From: the human T2T-CHM13v2.0 reference genome, Homo sapiens
Assembly: GCF_009914755.1 (NCBI RefSeq)
Contig: NC_060934.1
DNA: 64,000 bases
Direction: 5' to 3' (one strand)
Positions within the stretch are counted from its first letter, which is position 1. Every line of letters starts with the position of its first letter. Of the stretch, positions 44,070 to 57,189 are shown piece after piece. The position numbers were made by a program, and so were the translations under genes. Below the pieces are notes generated by a model that saw only the letters and a program-made list of their open reading frames with translations, ran no database searches and had not been told where the DNA came from.

Positions 44070-45420
44070 CTGTGTGCTCCTGAAACATTAACCGATAGAA
44101 TGAGATAAACAGTCCAGAGATAGACCCATGTCCACAGGACAAACGTCATCCAAGAAAAGGGAGAAAAGGACAACCCCTTAATAAATAATGTTACAACAAC
44201 ACAGGAAAAGCATATAATTGGATCCATTTCTCATGCCTCACACCAAGATAAATTCCAAATGAGATCCAAATGCAGAATATGAAACCGTGGAACAAAACAT
44301 AGGGGAATTGCTTTACAACCTGGGAGTGGGAAACCATTCCTAACTCAAAATCCGGAACCTACAGGAAAAATAACAACTACATAAAAATAAGTTTGACTAC
44401 ATGAAAATAAAAATGAATAATAATCTAAAATGTACACAGAAAAAGAAAACCACCACTGCAAGCAAAAGCAAGGTAGCAGGGGGAAATTGCACCATGAAGG
44501 GCTAAGAGTCCTAATATAAAAGAAGTATCTAAAAATTGAGAAAAAAATCAACAACCCAATATGGACAAAAGATGAATAGTTCACAGAAAACAGATACAAA
44601 TGGTCCTTAGTGTAAGAGAGGACGCCCAAGCTTCTTACTGGTGATAAGAGAAATATAAATTAAAAGAACATGACATTTTATACCTTTCAAATTAGCAAAA
44701 ACTCCAAAGTTTAACAACGTATTCTGTTGGACTGTGGAAAAACAGGCCCTGTCATATATTACTGTTGGAAACATAACTGGTTCAACCCCAGTGGAGGAGA
44801 ATTTGGCAATATCTAGCAAAATGACATATGCATTTACTTTTTAACCCATCAGTCACTCTTATAACAACCAACCCTCAGGGGTACTGGTAAAAAATATGAG
44901 ATGATAAATATACAAGACTATTCATTACAATACTAGCAATAGCAAAAGACTGGAAATAACCCAAATGCCCATCAACAAGGGACTAGTTAAAGAAATTGTA
45001 GTCCAGCGACACACTGGAGCTGTCAAAAGGTATAAGGCAGATTTCTGCATACCGCTAAGGAGTCCAGGATACAGCAATAGAGGAAAAAGCAAAGTACAAA
45101 AGAGTGTGTACTGTACATTACCATTTGGTTAAGAGATGAAAGAATATATGCTATATGAACACATTTACTTCTGTATTCAAAAGAAATAAAGACAAACAAA
45201 AACTAATAAAAAGAAGAAAAAATATTTACCAAGTAAAGGTCAGAATAGGAAGGAAGAAATGGGGAAAAAAGTGAGATCTCTCTTAATAAACATCAGTTTG
45301 GAAAATCATGGAAACTTTTATACAATTAAAAATATATAAATAACTCAGAATACAAAACAAAGCAAACTCTACCATTTGAAATCAAATGGTACATAGCTGA
45401 AATAAATGGAACTAATTATA
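44070..45420 (+). mobile_element. Ancient L1M (L1MC/MD/ME-type) 3' region
   Basis: Degenerate ORF2-end motifs (GACAACCC.TAATAAATAATG, GCAATAGCAAAAGACTGGAAATAACCCAAATGCCCATCAACA); boundaries approximate. Confidence 0.7.
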
Positions 45421-45834
45421 CTAAGCTGAAATAAATGGAACTAATTATACACACACATTTTATAAATCTAAATTTGATGTATGATTAGGTCCATTTATTT
45501 CTAGCCAGCTTGCTATTCATATTTTGAAAATATTATATTTTTTCTCTTTCAAAGAAATATGTGTTTACCAGCTCTGTCCACTGAAAATGTCTGGAGTAAT
45601 GACAGTAGGAACAGGGAATCAAAAAAGTAGAAAGAATATTTCCAATCTACATTCGTGAATAGTCTGAGATAATCACCCAGAAAGTGAAGTTATGCCTTTT
45701 CCTAACTCAGGAAACAAATGCTGATATTTTATTTAAACTGTGAAGCCAACACAGAGTAGTGCTGATCCATGCCAAATTTTTCAGCTCTAAGGTGAAATTG
45801 GAAAAATAAGGACAAATTCACACACACACGCACC

Positions 45835-46225
45835 TACCTGAGTATTCTCCATTTGCCTCCGGCCCAGCTCCATTATTCCTCCCCTGCCCTGTTCCATGTC
45901 CCAGGAGGAGACCCTGAACCTGAACACTGCATCTCCTGGGCTTCCTTGCAGGTTCCCATCCAACTGAGTTTGGCCAATGGAGGCAGGAACGGGAGATCAG
46001 ATGACAGGATAAGAGGGAGGTAGGGTATTTCTTCCTCACACCCTCCCTTCTCTGGAGTTCTTTCTCTGCCAATAGCCTCATCCTCACAACTAAGTCTCCC
46101 TCTGGCAGCATCCCCTCCCACAATTCCAGTTCTCCATGGGCTTCAGCCCAGAGGGTGGTCATGACTTCCTGAATCTCGTGGCACCTCACTATCCCTTGCT
46201 TGTTCCCCTAATCATGCCCACAGCT
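45835..46225. mobile_element. Probable ERVL-type LTR fragment (LTR33/LTR41-like)
   Basis: GTTTGGCCAATGGAGGCAGG..GGAGATCAGA...GGGTATTTCTTCC pattern recalled from old ERVL LTRs. Confidence 0.45.
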
Positions 46226-46291
46226 CTGCAAACTCTCTTTATTTGCCAATAAGTGGGTTTACTTTGTTTCCTGCTGCACCTTAATATGTGA

Positions 46292-46515
46292 CAACACACA
46301 CACAACACATGCACACACATACACATATCCATGCACACACATACATGTACATGCACACACACACATATATGTATACACACATGCACACCCCCACACACAT
46401 AGCTATACCTATATTTCCACATCCATACATCCACACACTCACATTCATATATACACAAACATATACATATCTAAATAAGTACATATATAAATATGTGTGA
46501 ACATATATGTGTCTG
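46292..46515. repeat. Degenerate (CA)/(TA) alternating repeat
   Basis: Direct reading. Confidence 0.9.
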
Positions 46516-47611
46516 TGTAAGGTTAGTAATAAACCTCACTACAATTTTATGTGAAAATGCACTTTTTTGGAAAGGAAAATAGAGCAAGCAATGGTCTCCT
46601 AAGTAGGCTCCTAAAATTGTTTTGGCTCTGAAATTTTATGCCTCCAAAACAATTGTATGGACACTGTATGACAGAGCAAAAACCACAAACACAAAGAAGC
46701 AACAGGGTCAAGAGAAAAGCACATGCGCTGGAGAGCAGGCAACCTGGAATGGCAACTCTGCTCTGCATCAGCCAGGCTGTGACTCTGGCTGAGAATTAAA
46801 TGATTCTGTGCCTCACTGACTCCTCTCTGTGTCATAGCGACCCAAATATAGGCCCTCCCTCCATCCCCCTACCCATGGCTGTTGTGAGGCTCTGAATGCA
46901 CTAAGTGCTTCAGAAACATTAAAAGCATGAGAACGATATGTTTTATTCTCCATTTATCCGGGATGTGTACAGTGATACTCCAATAAATTCATAGAGTGTC
47001 ACTTTACATCCCTCCCTCCTATACCAAAAAGCAAACTCATCCATTTAAGAGCACTCAAGACTGAAACCAACCTTGACAGAAAAATCTAGTCTATTCCTTC
47101 TCATCAGCAGGACTGCATCAAAGCCATTATGGACAGATGGGCATTTTGTTCTATTTCTGAAGACCTCCAGGGAAGGAGATTCTACAAACTGCCTTGGCAG
47201 CTGACGTGCTAACGCAATGTAGGATAACTTATAAATATAGGCAGAGTCAAGGAGGCCGTCCAGAATGCAGCCCAGCATGGGTGTGCACTCACCCAGCCTG
47301 ACACACAGCTAAGGAACATTCTGAGCACTCGAGCCATCCCATCCCTTCCGTTGCTCCCCTTCCTTTTAATTATAATTGGTCCTTCAGAAACCAAGTCAAT
47401 TAAAGGGAAAGGGAAGAGAAGATTTTGTGCTAGACAGATTCTGAAAAATGTAAAATGAAATGATAATACCAAACACACAGAAACCGATGACTTCAGGCAG
47501 AGATAAGGCAGAGGGGAGTATAGGGAAGCACTTTTCCTTCCAGTACCTGGTAGAATGTTTGTTAAATGAATATAAATATTTGTTAAATGAATGCATTCAC
47601 AGAAATACAAT

Positions 47612-47938
47612 CTCTCTCTTGTTCTTCTTTTTCTTCTTTTTCTTTTCTTTTCTTTTATGAGACAGGGTCTCGCTCTGTCACCCAGGCTGGAGTGCAGTGG
47701 TGCCATCACGGCTCACTGCAGCCTTAATCTCCCATCTCAATCGATCCTCCAGCCTCAGCCTCCCAAGTAGCTGGGACCACAGCCATGCACCACCACACCA
47801 AGATAATTTTTGTATTTCTTGTAGAGATGAGGTTTTGCCATGTTGCCCACGCTGGTCTCAAACCCCTGGGCTCAAGCAATCTGCCTGCCTCAGCCTCCCA
47901 AGTACTGGGATCATAGACATGAAACACCACACCTGGCC
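47612..47938 (-). mobile_element. AluJ element
   Basis: Reverse dimer with a CT-rich tail. Confidence 0.92.
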
Positions 47939-47968
47939 ACGTATTCATATTAATAAGAAATGTCTTCT

Positions 47969-48294
<326 letters not shown>

Positions 48295-48684
48295 CTATTT
48301 GGAAGTGACCACAGCACAGCTGATTTAATGTTGAAGCTGTCAAGCCTGCACTTCATCCCTTTGCATGAGTACTGGCTCCAAGAACCTGTTCTCTATCAAC
48401 ACAAGGCAGACCCTTGACTTAGAGCTCCTCATATCTAGGAACCCAGCAGGAATAAAAGGAGGGGAGAGCTGGAGGATGAAACCCAGCCCACATTCCCAGC
48501 CTACATTTCCTATCTAGCCCTTTTCTAATTCATCTGGGTGTCTTCTAGTTCTGCACAAAGACACTATGTAAGCTTTCAGGAGCTTTACTGGGCCCCACAT
48601 CTAGGTCCCCAGGATTTGAAGAGTTTCCTCTCGATATACAGCAATTCTTGGACAATGAATAGCAAATCCAAAATCACTCTAAAT

Positions 48685-48863
48685 TGGTGATTGTCAGCTA
48701 GGGAGATTTTGCTCCCAGGAGACATTCAGCAATATCTAAAGACTTTTTAATTGTCATGATTAGAGGCTCTTATTGGCATTTCATGGGTAGGGGCCAGGGA
48801 TGCTTCCAAACCTGTATAATACACAGCCCAAGATGTCAATAATGCCAGGATTGAGAAGCCCTG
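48685..48863. mobile_element. MER20 (hAT-Charlie)
   Basis: GGAGATTTTGCTCCCAGGAGACATT..GCAAT...GGCCAGGGATGCT...GTCAATAATGCCAGGATTGAGAAGCCCTG. Confidence 0.8.
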
Positions 48864-51800
48864 TGTCTTCTGAGACCCTGAAAGTTTCACCTGTGACAAC
48901 TTACAGTACCTATCTGCTTTGTATCCACACCTTAAGTTACCGATTTGACAGATGTGTATCAAATGCCTATAGCTCTCGATCAGGCATGAAGTAAAAAAAA
49001 AAAAAAAAAAAAAAAAAAGGCTACACCTTTCCTTTGCTTTGCACTTCGTTCACCAAAATAAGCTCCTCGGAAGAGAAAGTGCAATACAGAGAGTATCTTG
49101 TATAAAAAAAAAAAAAAATCCCAGCAGGTAGCTAAGCACCAAGCACATAACTACATATAGGGCTCTGGTCATTTCTGATGAAATGAGTGAGAATGTGAAA
49201 GAATAGGGCCTCCTGGAATAAATCCAAAGTTCTTTTTTTAAAAAAAAATAAGGTGAGGGAAGGTGAGGAAAGTGATAGACATGAAAGGGAGAGAAAATGG
49301 CTGGAGGCAGTTTGGTTAAGTGTGCTCTCTGGAACACTGTAGAGCTTCCCCCATAGAAAGAGATTACAAACGGTCGTTCAGTTCCAGGTCAGCCCAGAAA
49401 AGCTTAGTTAACCATAATCCGGCTGGCGCTATAAAACTGCAGGAGTCGAGGGGTACATGGTCCCTGAGGTTTGTAACTTGGAAGAACAAAGGACAAAGAG
49501 ATGATCTGTCCCTTCCCTGTCTCCTCTCCCCCATCTGCAGACCCCCAACCCCCTGCTCTATACCACCTCTCTTAGAGGTAAGAGTAATCCTAGAAAACTA
49601 ACTAGCATATTAAAAAAAAATTAAAAGTAATGTACACAAAAATGCAAAGTGTAGCCCCGGAAATAAAATAATACCTCAGACCCAGATCCCCCAGGCTCCT
49701 TTTGTAGAGACAAAGTCACTGTTTATTACATTTCTTCCAGAAATACTCTCTGCACATACTCAAACATATACATGCATATATGCATGTATCATCTTTCAAA
49801 TTATATCCAGAAATGGAAATATACAATGCAATCTGTTCTTCACTTTCTTTTTACTCATAAATCTACTTTATTTCTTTAATGACTGTGGAACATTCCATGG
49901 TATGGATGGAATATTTGTATCAACATTAGGATGGCTCCTAGGAATACCCTGAAACAGCAAAAGTTCATCTTTCCCCTCTTATGACCTAGTATCCCTCCCT
50001 CCATCCCCCTTGTAGAGCTTCCCTGAACCCTTCACCTTCTCTCTCTTGACTGGTTCTACTCTGTCCTTTTTCCCAAAGCGTCCACCCTCCAAAAGCATGG
50101 ACTTCCTCACACCAATAAATACACTCACCTTTTTCAGAGTGGCTGGCCTGACTTACCTTATTCTGAAAGAAAGCAATCTGATTTCACACTAATTATTATA
50201 TGAATTGCTGCCAACTCCTTAACCCACACATTTAGAAAGATGTTTGTTAACTAAGTTGAACTCATTATTGGAATTCCAGAGAGAACAACAATTAAAAAAA
50301 AAAAAGGCAGAACAGAAGCTATCAAGAGCACACAATTTGGAGTAGAGGTCAGCCATATTGGCTATTGTCTCATGCCGGAAAATCTGGACATAGAGCTTTC
50401 TCTAATTAACGACATTTTGGGCAGTTTTTTTGTTTCCTCTAGCTGAAAGTCAAACTATTCTTCAAAAGCTCTGAGATTTTTCACAATACTCTTATTCAGT
50501 AGGTGTCCTGGAAAGAGTAGGCCAGCTGTCTATAGGTGTGGGCCATTCGTAAACAGGTGTCCATAACATATGGACCCACCATTCCCAGCCTGCCACCAGT
50601 AAATTGAGAAAGAGCAGAAAAGAACATTTTGTTTAACTAAACTCTCCATTATGCCTCTTATGAAATCTTATAGGCCATATAAAAATACCAACATCTCTTC
50701 ATCAGATGCACAAAAAAATGGCTTGAGTCGCTACTGGCATCTTTTGCTATGTTACAGGCAAAAAGAACTGGTTCCCTTTCACCAGGGACAGGATTGCTGC
50801 AGATTCATTTCTGAAATAATATCCTGTTTGGAGACAGACCCAAAGTAAATGCTGAAGTAACCTGGTACCACAGAGCTCTGAGCATGATTTATATTCATGG
50901 GATTCTTTTGCAATCCTTTATAAAACTTGACTAATTTTTCTAAGAGGGCTTAAACAAACTTGTGATTTGATTATGTGAAATTTTGCTCTTTTATGATCTC
51001 ATTTTTCCTTTTTTCAGTTTCCTATCAAACATTTTGGCTTATAAACCATGTGCCTGATGCTCTGCCTATACCTATATGAAAATTATCCACAGTTTGTCCC
51101 AAGGTTATCAAGTATGAGATATCGTATTCCAAGGATTTCTATCACATTCTATTCCTTAGGGGCATATTACTATAGGACTTATGCTCCAGGAAAGAAATCT
51201 GTCCCTCATTCATTGGAATAGCCAGGGAGGGATTTTAGCTGGATTCATGTGAGCTGAGCGGGTGCAGGGGGAGAGTGTGTCGTCTCGCATTCAGCAATGG
51301 CCAGCAGCATTACTGCCGATGGCACATCCAGCTGAAGAGTGATGCTGAATAAGCTTTGCTAACAGTATTCAGGAGAAAAGAACGCAAACAGAGAGTAAAC
51401 ACAGATCGGTTTCAATTTCTGAAAAGAAGAGAAACACAACCTATGAATATTCCCATCAACTAAGCACAAGCTCTCAGCTAAGACCTAAAAATGCATAGAT
51501 GAAAGAGACAAAGGCCCCTCTCCTAAGAGATCACAGATGAGTGGGGACGAAAAATCATTGAACAATCACAACTGAATGGAGAAGGTCTGCACTAGGCAGT
51601 GGTGGTGGTGGAAAGAAAGGATGGGAGGAACTGGAGAGATTTGGAGAGGAGTTTCAACGCGACTGCATGTGGAGAGACAGAAGCTCAGGAGCGGAGGATA
51701 ACTAAGTTTCTACTCTGGCCACTGTGTGTCCAGTGATAACATTAAATAAGATGGGGAATGAAGAAGAATAAAAGGAATGGACCATGAGTTCAAGTTTGGG

Positions 51801-52509
51801 ATGTGCTGACCCGCAGATGCCCACAGAACATCATAGCCGACTATGAACTTCAACCCTTTAAAATTTATATTAACTTTAAATTATTCCTATTAAATAGATC
51901 TTTTCTTCACAAAGATTCTTTATGAAATCTTAATCTGAAGACAGAAAAAGAATGTCATCAAATATGGAAGAAGTTTGGTTCTTGTAGATCTACTCCACAG
52001 AGCAAATGGTGATCATCAATGATAGTAAATAAGACACATAAAAGAGTTGACTGTTAGCCTATGAGCTTAAGGACAAGGAGATCCCTAACTATAAACTGTG
52101 TATCCTCAATTTGATCAAAGCAAAGTCAGTAACAGTACATTAAAACCATACTCTGAGAGTCATAATTTCAACTATGAGTTAAAAACCAAAACCTATCTTT
52201 TAAGTGTTCGTGTAAATATCCTTTGCCAGTGTAAACACAGAATAACTCAAGTGCAAGACTTCACAGAATGACTTATGTGTGGTATACAGTCCAGAGCACA
52301 GCCTGTGGCAGCGAGACAGCCAGGGTTCAAATCCCAGTTTTGCAGCCCTGAGACCTTAGGCAAGAAGAATAAACTCTCTGAGGCTATGTTTCCTAAACTG
52401 TTTCTGCTTCTCGTGGTAAGATATGACTTACTCCTAGATAGGCACGACCAAGTATACACATAAAATACGAAGCTTTCATCCTGTAAGATAGTGTCACCCA
52501 ACAGAGATA

Positions 52510-52942
52510 CAATGTGAGCCACATATTATATTTAACTTTGCTAGGAGGTACTTTTAAAAAGTTTCTTTTTAATCTAACGAAATGAACTTAATAATATATT
52601 TTTAACTCAGCAGATCCAAATTGTCATTTCAACACGTTATTGATATAAAATTATTAATGGAATAGTTTACATATTTTTTAGCTAAGTCTTCAAAATCACT
52701 GTACAATTTATACTTACAGCACATCTCAATCCAGATGCTAAACATCATCTGAAATACTTGGTACAGTTGAAAAAGTAGATTCACATGTCCCAAACATAGT
52801 AAAATTTTTCCAGTAACTGAATTGAGTATCAGTGTTTACATTTAAACTAAGTAAAATTAAGTGTTCAATTTCTCAGTTACACCAGCCACCTTTCAAGTAG
52901 GCAGTAGTCACATGTGGCCAGTGGCTACCATGCTACACAGCT
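52510..52942. mobile_element. Charlie5/MER33-type hAT fossil
   Basis: ACTTACAGCACATCTCAAT...AGCCACCTTTCAAGT...CACATGTGGCCAGTGGCTACC. Confidence 0.65.
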
Positions 52943-53640
52943 GAGTGCTAAGGTAAAAAAATTACTCTGGGTCAGGCTATGCCATCACTTGCAGGCACCA
53001 CAAGAGAACTCAGACATATATACAGCATAAACAACTGAACTGAGACTGGAGATGTGCAGAAACAAATCTTAAGCGCTAAGAAAAAGGACTGGAGAGAAAA
53101 GGAGAAGAAATAGCAGGCAGAGCCCATGAGAATACAGAAAGCAGAAGCAATCCGTTGTGGGTGTCTCACTTTCCCCTGCCCAAAACTGTAGACATATTTT
53201 CTGCTTTCCCTTCTGATCCAATGGAAGGAAATATTCCTGGATTCTACTGAAGGCCAACACTATACTTGTGCTTTGAATTATATCCCCTTCTTTCCACCCT
53301 TCTCTAGAACTTTGCTCCTGCTGTAATCCCTCTCTCTTGTATCACCGGTTTCTCCTACTCTACCAGACCAATTCCATCAACGTTAATTAAAGCACGCTTT
53401 TGTAGCTCCTGTATTTAAAAACAAAGATGAAAAATACAACAAAAATATTTTGATCTTAGACTACTTCCATCTTCAGTGCCATTTCTCTTTGCCCTTCACA
53501 GCAAAACTTCTTAAATGATTACCTCTATTCACTATTTCCAATTCATCGCCTCCTCTCTTACCTTCTTAATTCTCTCTCATCTCAGTAGACCCACCTTTGC
53601 TTGTTCCTCCTCTTCCACCAGGCCTCTAAAGGTTGGAGAT

Positions 53641-54518
53641 CTTTGAGAAACCTCCATACCTACCATTTTGATCCAGCAATCCCGCTACTGGGTATCTACC
53701 CAGAGGAAAAGAAATCAACATATCAAAAATATATCTGCACTAGTATGCTTATCACAGTACTATTCGCAATAGCAAAAATACGGAATCAACCTAAGTGTCC
53801 ATCAACAGATGACTGGATAAAGAAAATGTGAGAGATATAAATATATATATATATATATTCCTATCACTGATTAAAGGAACTTCAATAGACTTATTCACAG
53901 CTATTAAGTATATTTACATAAAACCATTTTATTTGTCAATATTAAGGGTTGTGCTATTTCTCCACCTGCCTTTCCTAGTCAATAAAATTTTGTTAAAAGG
54001 ACAAAAGTTGAAAATTGTAACCTCAGCAATCCCTAACTTTGAGGACTTACCCCCTGATACAAACGTTCATGCCTATGCATATTTCATCACAGATGCAGAC
54101 AGATGCCCTTGCATCTATGTATACATATACACATACACCATGGAATACTACTCAGAGAAAGAATAAAATCATATCTCTTCAGCAATGTGGATGGAACTGG
54201 AGGCCATTATCGTTAAGTGAAATAACTCAGGAAGTCAGATACCACATGTTCTCATTTACAAGTGGGAGCTAAATAATGTGTACACGTGGACATACAGAGT
54301 GGAATAATAGACACTAGAGACTTGGAAAGTGGGGAGGGTGGGAGGGGATGACAGATGAAAAGTTACGAAATGAGTACAGGGTATACTAATGAGTACAGTG
54401 TATACTATTGGGGTGACAGTTACACTAAAAGCCCGGACTTCACCACTGTGCAATATATGTATTTAACAAAACTGCACCTGTACCTTCTAAGTCTATAAAA
54501 AATAAAAATAAAAAAATT
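53641..54518 (+). mobile_element. L1 3' fragment (L1PREC2/L1PA16-17-like), itself interrupted at 53862-54114
   Basis: CCAGCAATCCCGCTACTGGGTATCTACCC...TACACTAAAAGCCCGGACTTCACCACT...; TSD-like AGGTT(G/A)GAGA. Confidence 0.85.
53862..54114 (+). repeat. Block A', direct copy of 57251-57497
   Basis: Manual alignment: ~21 substitutions and 2 indels over ~250 bp. Confidence 0.95.
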
Positions 54519-56534
54519 GAGGTTAGAGAGCTTCAGGCTTGGTACTGGGCCACTTCTCATTTCTATCTAAACTTTCTCGCTGGGTGATCTCGCCTCATTC
54601 CAGGGTTGTAAATGCCATCTAGGTGCTGATGACTCTCACATTTATGCCTCTTCTCTGCCTTCTCCCCTGAGTTTCACACTAGTAGAGAGAACAGCTTAAC
54701 GGCCACCTCCATTTAGATGTCCACATCCAACCAAAATGTGTCTACCTTTAATTTATCCCTTCCCTAGTCTTCCTCATCTAAGCTGACTAGCCATTCCACT
54801 CACTCATTTACTAGAAACAAAATTCTAGGAGACGTTCTTGTTTTCCCTACTCCCTCATTACAAACATTTCATCCTTCGACACGTTTTATTGGATCTATCT
54901 CCAAAGCAAAACTGAAATTCATCTTCTTTTCTCCATTTCTATGGCCACCAGCTTAGTCCAAACCACCCTATCTCACGTGTCTCCTGTACTCATTCTCTGT
55001 GTACATTCTTGCACCATAAAACCCATTTTTCCTAGACATCAGCCAAGGTAGTCTTTCTGAAAATGCAAATTAAATTGTATCATACCTTTACTTCAAAACT
55101 TTCATGACAGTGACAGTAAAATCCTAGCTCTACCATGGCCCTGCCTAGTCTCTCCTACTAAATCCTACACCAGTTCCCCTTTTGCTCAGTCCAGCTTTCT
55201 CTCCACTGATGACACACCATCCTCCTTTTCACTGCAGAACTTTCCCACTTGCTACCCCTTCTGCCTTGAGCCTAAATAGACGGCTTCTACTTAGACATGA
55301 GCCACATAAATGCCAACTGGAGAGACAAAATCTTCCTTACAAATGATTCTAATCCTCTTTTACCACACAGGAGCATGGAGATCCAGGACCCAAATCCCAT
55401 ACCATAAGGTTTGCCTAGAATGATGCTAACTGGAAAACATTCAAAGTAGGCAATATTGTATGTCCATTTGCAATCTGGAACATCTAACCAATCGACATCT
55501 GCTGTGTGGACAGTCACAGCCTTACCCTAAACATACAAAACATAGAAACAAATGCCTGTACCTTTACTCCAGTCAATCATGGAAAATCAGTACTGTTTAG
55601 GCTTTCAGAAAAGACATCACAACTCTGAGCAAGCCAGTCCTTTCAGATTCACACCTCAGTCATTCATAATTTTCTCAACCTTTCCTTTCCCATAAGAAAA
55701 AAAAATAAACTCTCTAGCATTTCAGCTCAAAATAAACTAACCAAAATTTCATTGGGAAGATGTTATCAAAGTATGACAAAGACGCACCATAATTCTCAAT
55801 CCTTCTAAACAGCTGGTAGATATTAAATTCTTCTGCAATGAGATTTTTAAAAAAAAATCTTTAACACATCTTTAAACTGCAAAACTGATGTTTCAGAATC
55901 AACTCTGTTTATTCTTGGCCTGCCATAAACTGCTAACATAGAAGACTGGAGTTTTACCAGTATATAAATAAGTTTATAAATTAAGAGAAACACTTTGCCA
56001 TTTGAAACTAATAAATGGACAAATCAGAATTGAAAACATAAGAGATCAAAAAGAAATGTTCCTCTAAACTAACAAAGATATGGGATGAGAGTCAGTAGAT
56101 CATCAAGGAATGAGGACTGTCAGTCCTTTTGCGCCATGGCGGTGGCCTGGAAAAAGTCCAGGCCTCCTGGGGGAGGCTCCTTGGCCTGCCTAGGGCGGTC
56201 AATCCCAGACGCTGGAGTTTCCAACCTGGGAAAGAGTCTCCGGCCCATGCAGGGCGCAGAAGTTAGAGCCACCTGACATGACATGGACGAGGGTCTCAAC
56301 AGTGACCACCAAGAACTTGAAATCAAAACTCTTCTTCCCCACCCCAGACCCATATTCTATCATCCTTTACATTCTTATGTGCATCTGGAAGGAGGTAAAG
56401 AAAGTCCCACACTAACCAAGCCTATTTATTTCTATAGGTCAAATTCAAGCCAAAGTAAGGAAAGAAATAATAAAGAAATCAAACATTTCTTACACAAATT
56501 ATTTTATTACTAACAGCATATTCTTTCATGTATT

Positions 56535-56769
56535 CCTTCCCTGGTCTTCCTCATCTAAGCTAACTGGCCACACCACTCACCCATTTACTAGAAACAATAT
56601 TCTAGGAGACATTCTTGTTTCCTCTACTCCCTCATTACAAACATTTCATTCTTCAGCATGTTTTATCCATCTATCTCCAAGGCAAAACTTAAATTCATCT
56701 TCTTTTCTCCATTCCAGTGGCCACCAGCTTAGTCCAAACCACCATATCGTACCTGTCTCCCGTACTCAT
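56535..56769 (+). repeat. Block B', direct copy of 54758-54993
   Basis: Manual alignment: ~26 substitutions and 1 indel over ~235 bp. Confidence 0.95.
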
Positions 56770-56790
56770 ATATAAGAATAAGTGCCCTTC

Positions 56791-57189
56791 GTATACACCA
56801 TGGAATACTATGCAGCCTTAAAAAAGAATGAGTTCATGTCCTTTGCAGGGACATGGATGAAGCTGGAAGCCATCATTCTCAGCAAACTAACACAGGAACA
56901 GAAAACCAAACACCAAATGTTCTCACTCACAAGTGGGAGTTAAACAATGAGAACACATGGATACAAAGAGGGGAGCATCACACACCAGGGCCTGGGGCTG
57001 GGGGGTGGGGGAGAAAGGGGAGGGAGAGCATTAGGACAAACAACTAATGTATGAAGGGCTTAAAATCTAAATGATGGGTTGATAGGTGCAGCAAACCACC
57101 ATGGCACATGTATACCTATGTAACAAACCTGCACATTCTGCACATGTATCCCAGAACTTAAAGTAAAATTTTTTTAAAATTTTTAAGAA
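56791..57189 (+). mobile_element. 5'-truncated L1PA7/8-like 3' end
   Basis: TACACCATGGAATACTATGCAGCC...GTATCCCAGAACTTAAAGTAAAA; TSD AAGAATAAGT at ~56774 and ~57190. Confidence 0.9.

Larger units (their letters stand above)
53280..55270. mobile_element. L2 fragment (53280-53640 and 54519-55270) interrupted by an L1
   Basis: L2 motifs CCATCTAGGTGCTGATGACTCTCACATTTAT, CCACCAGCTTAGTCCAAACCACC, TCTTTCTGAAAATGCAAAT; boundaries approximate. Confidence 0.75.

Noticed and set aside
46189-46500. Cys/Val- or His/Thr-rich ORFs
   Set aside because: Translations of the (CA)/(TG) repeat
48993-49018. A26 tract as the tail of a processed pseudogene
   Set aside because: No recognisable upstream mRNA body, poly(A) signal or TSD
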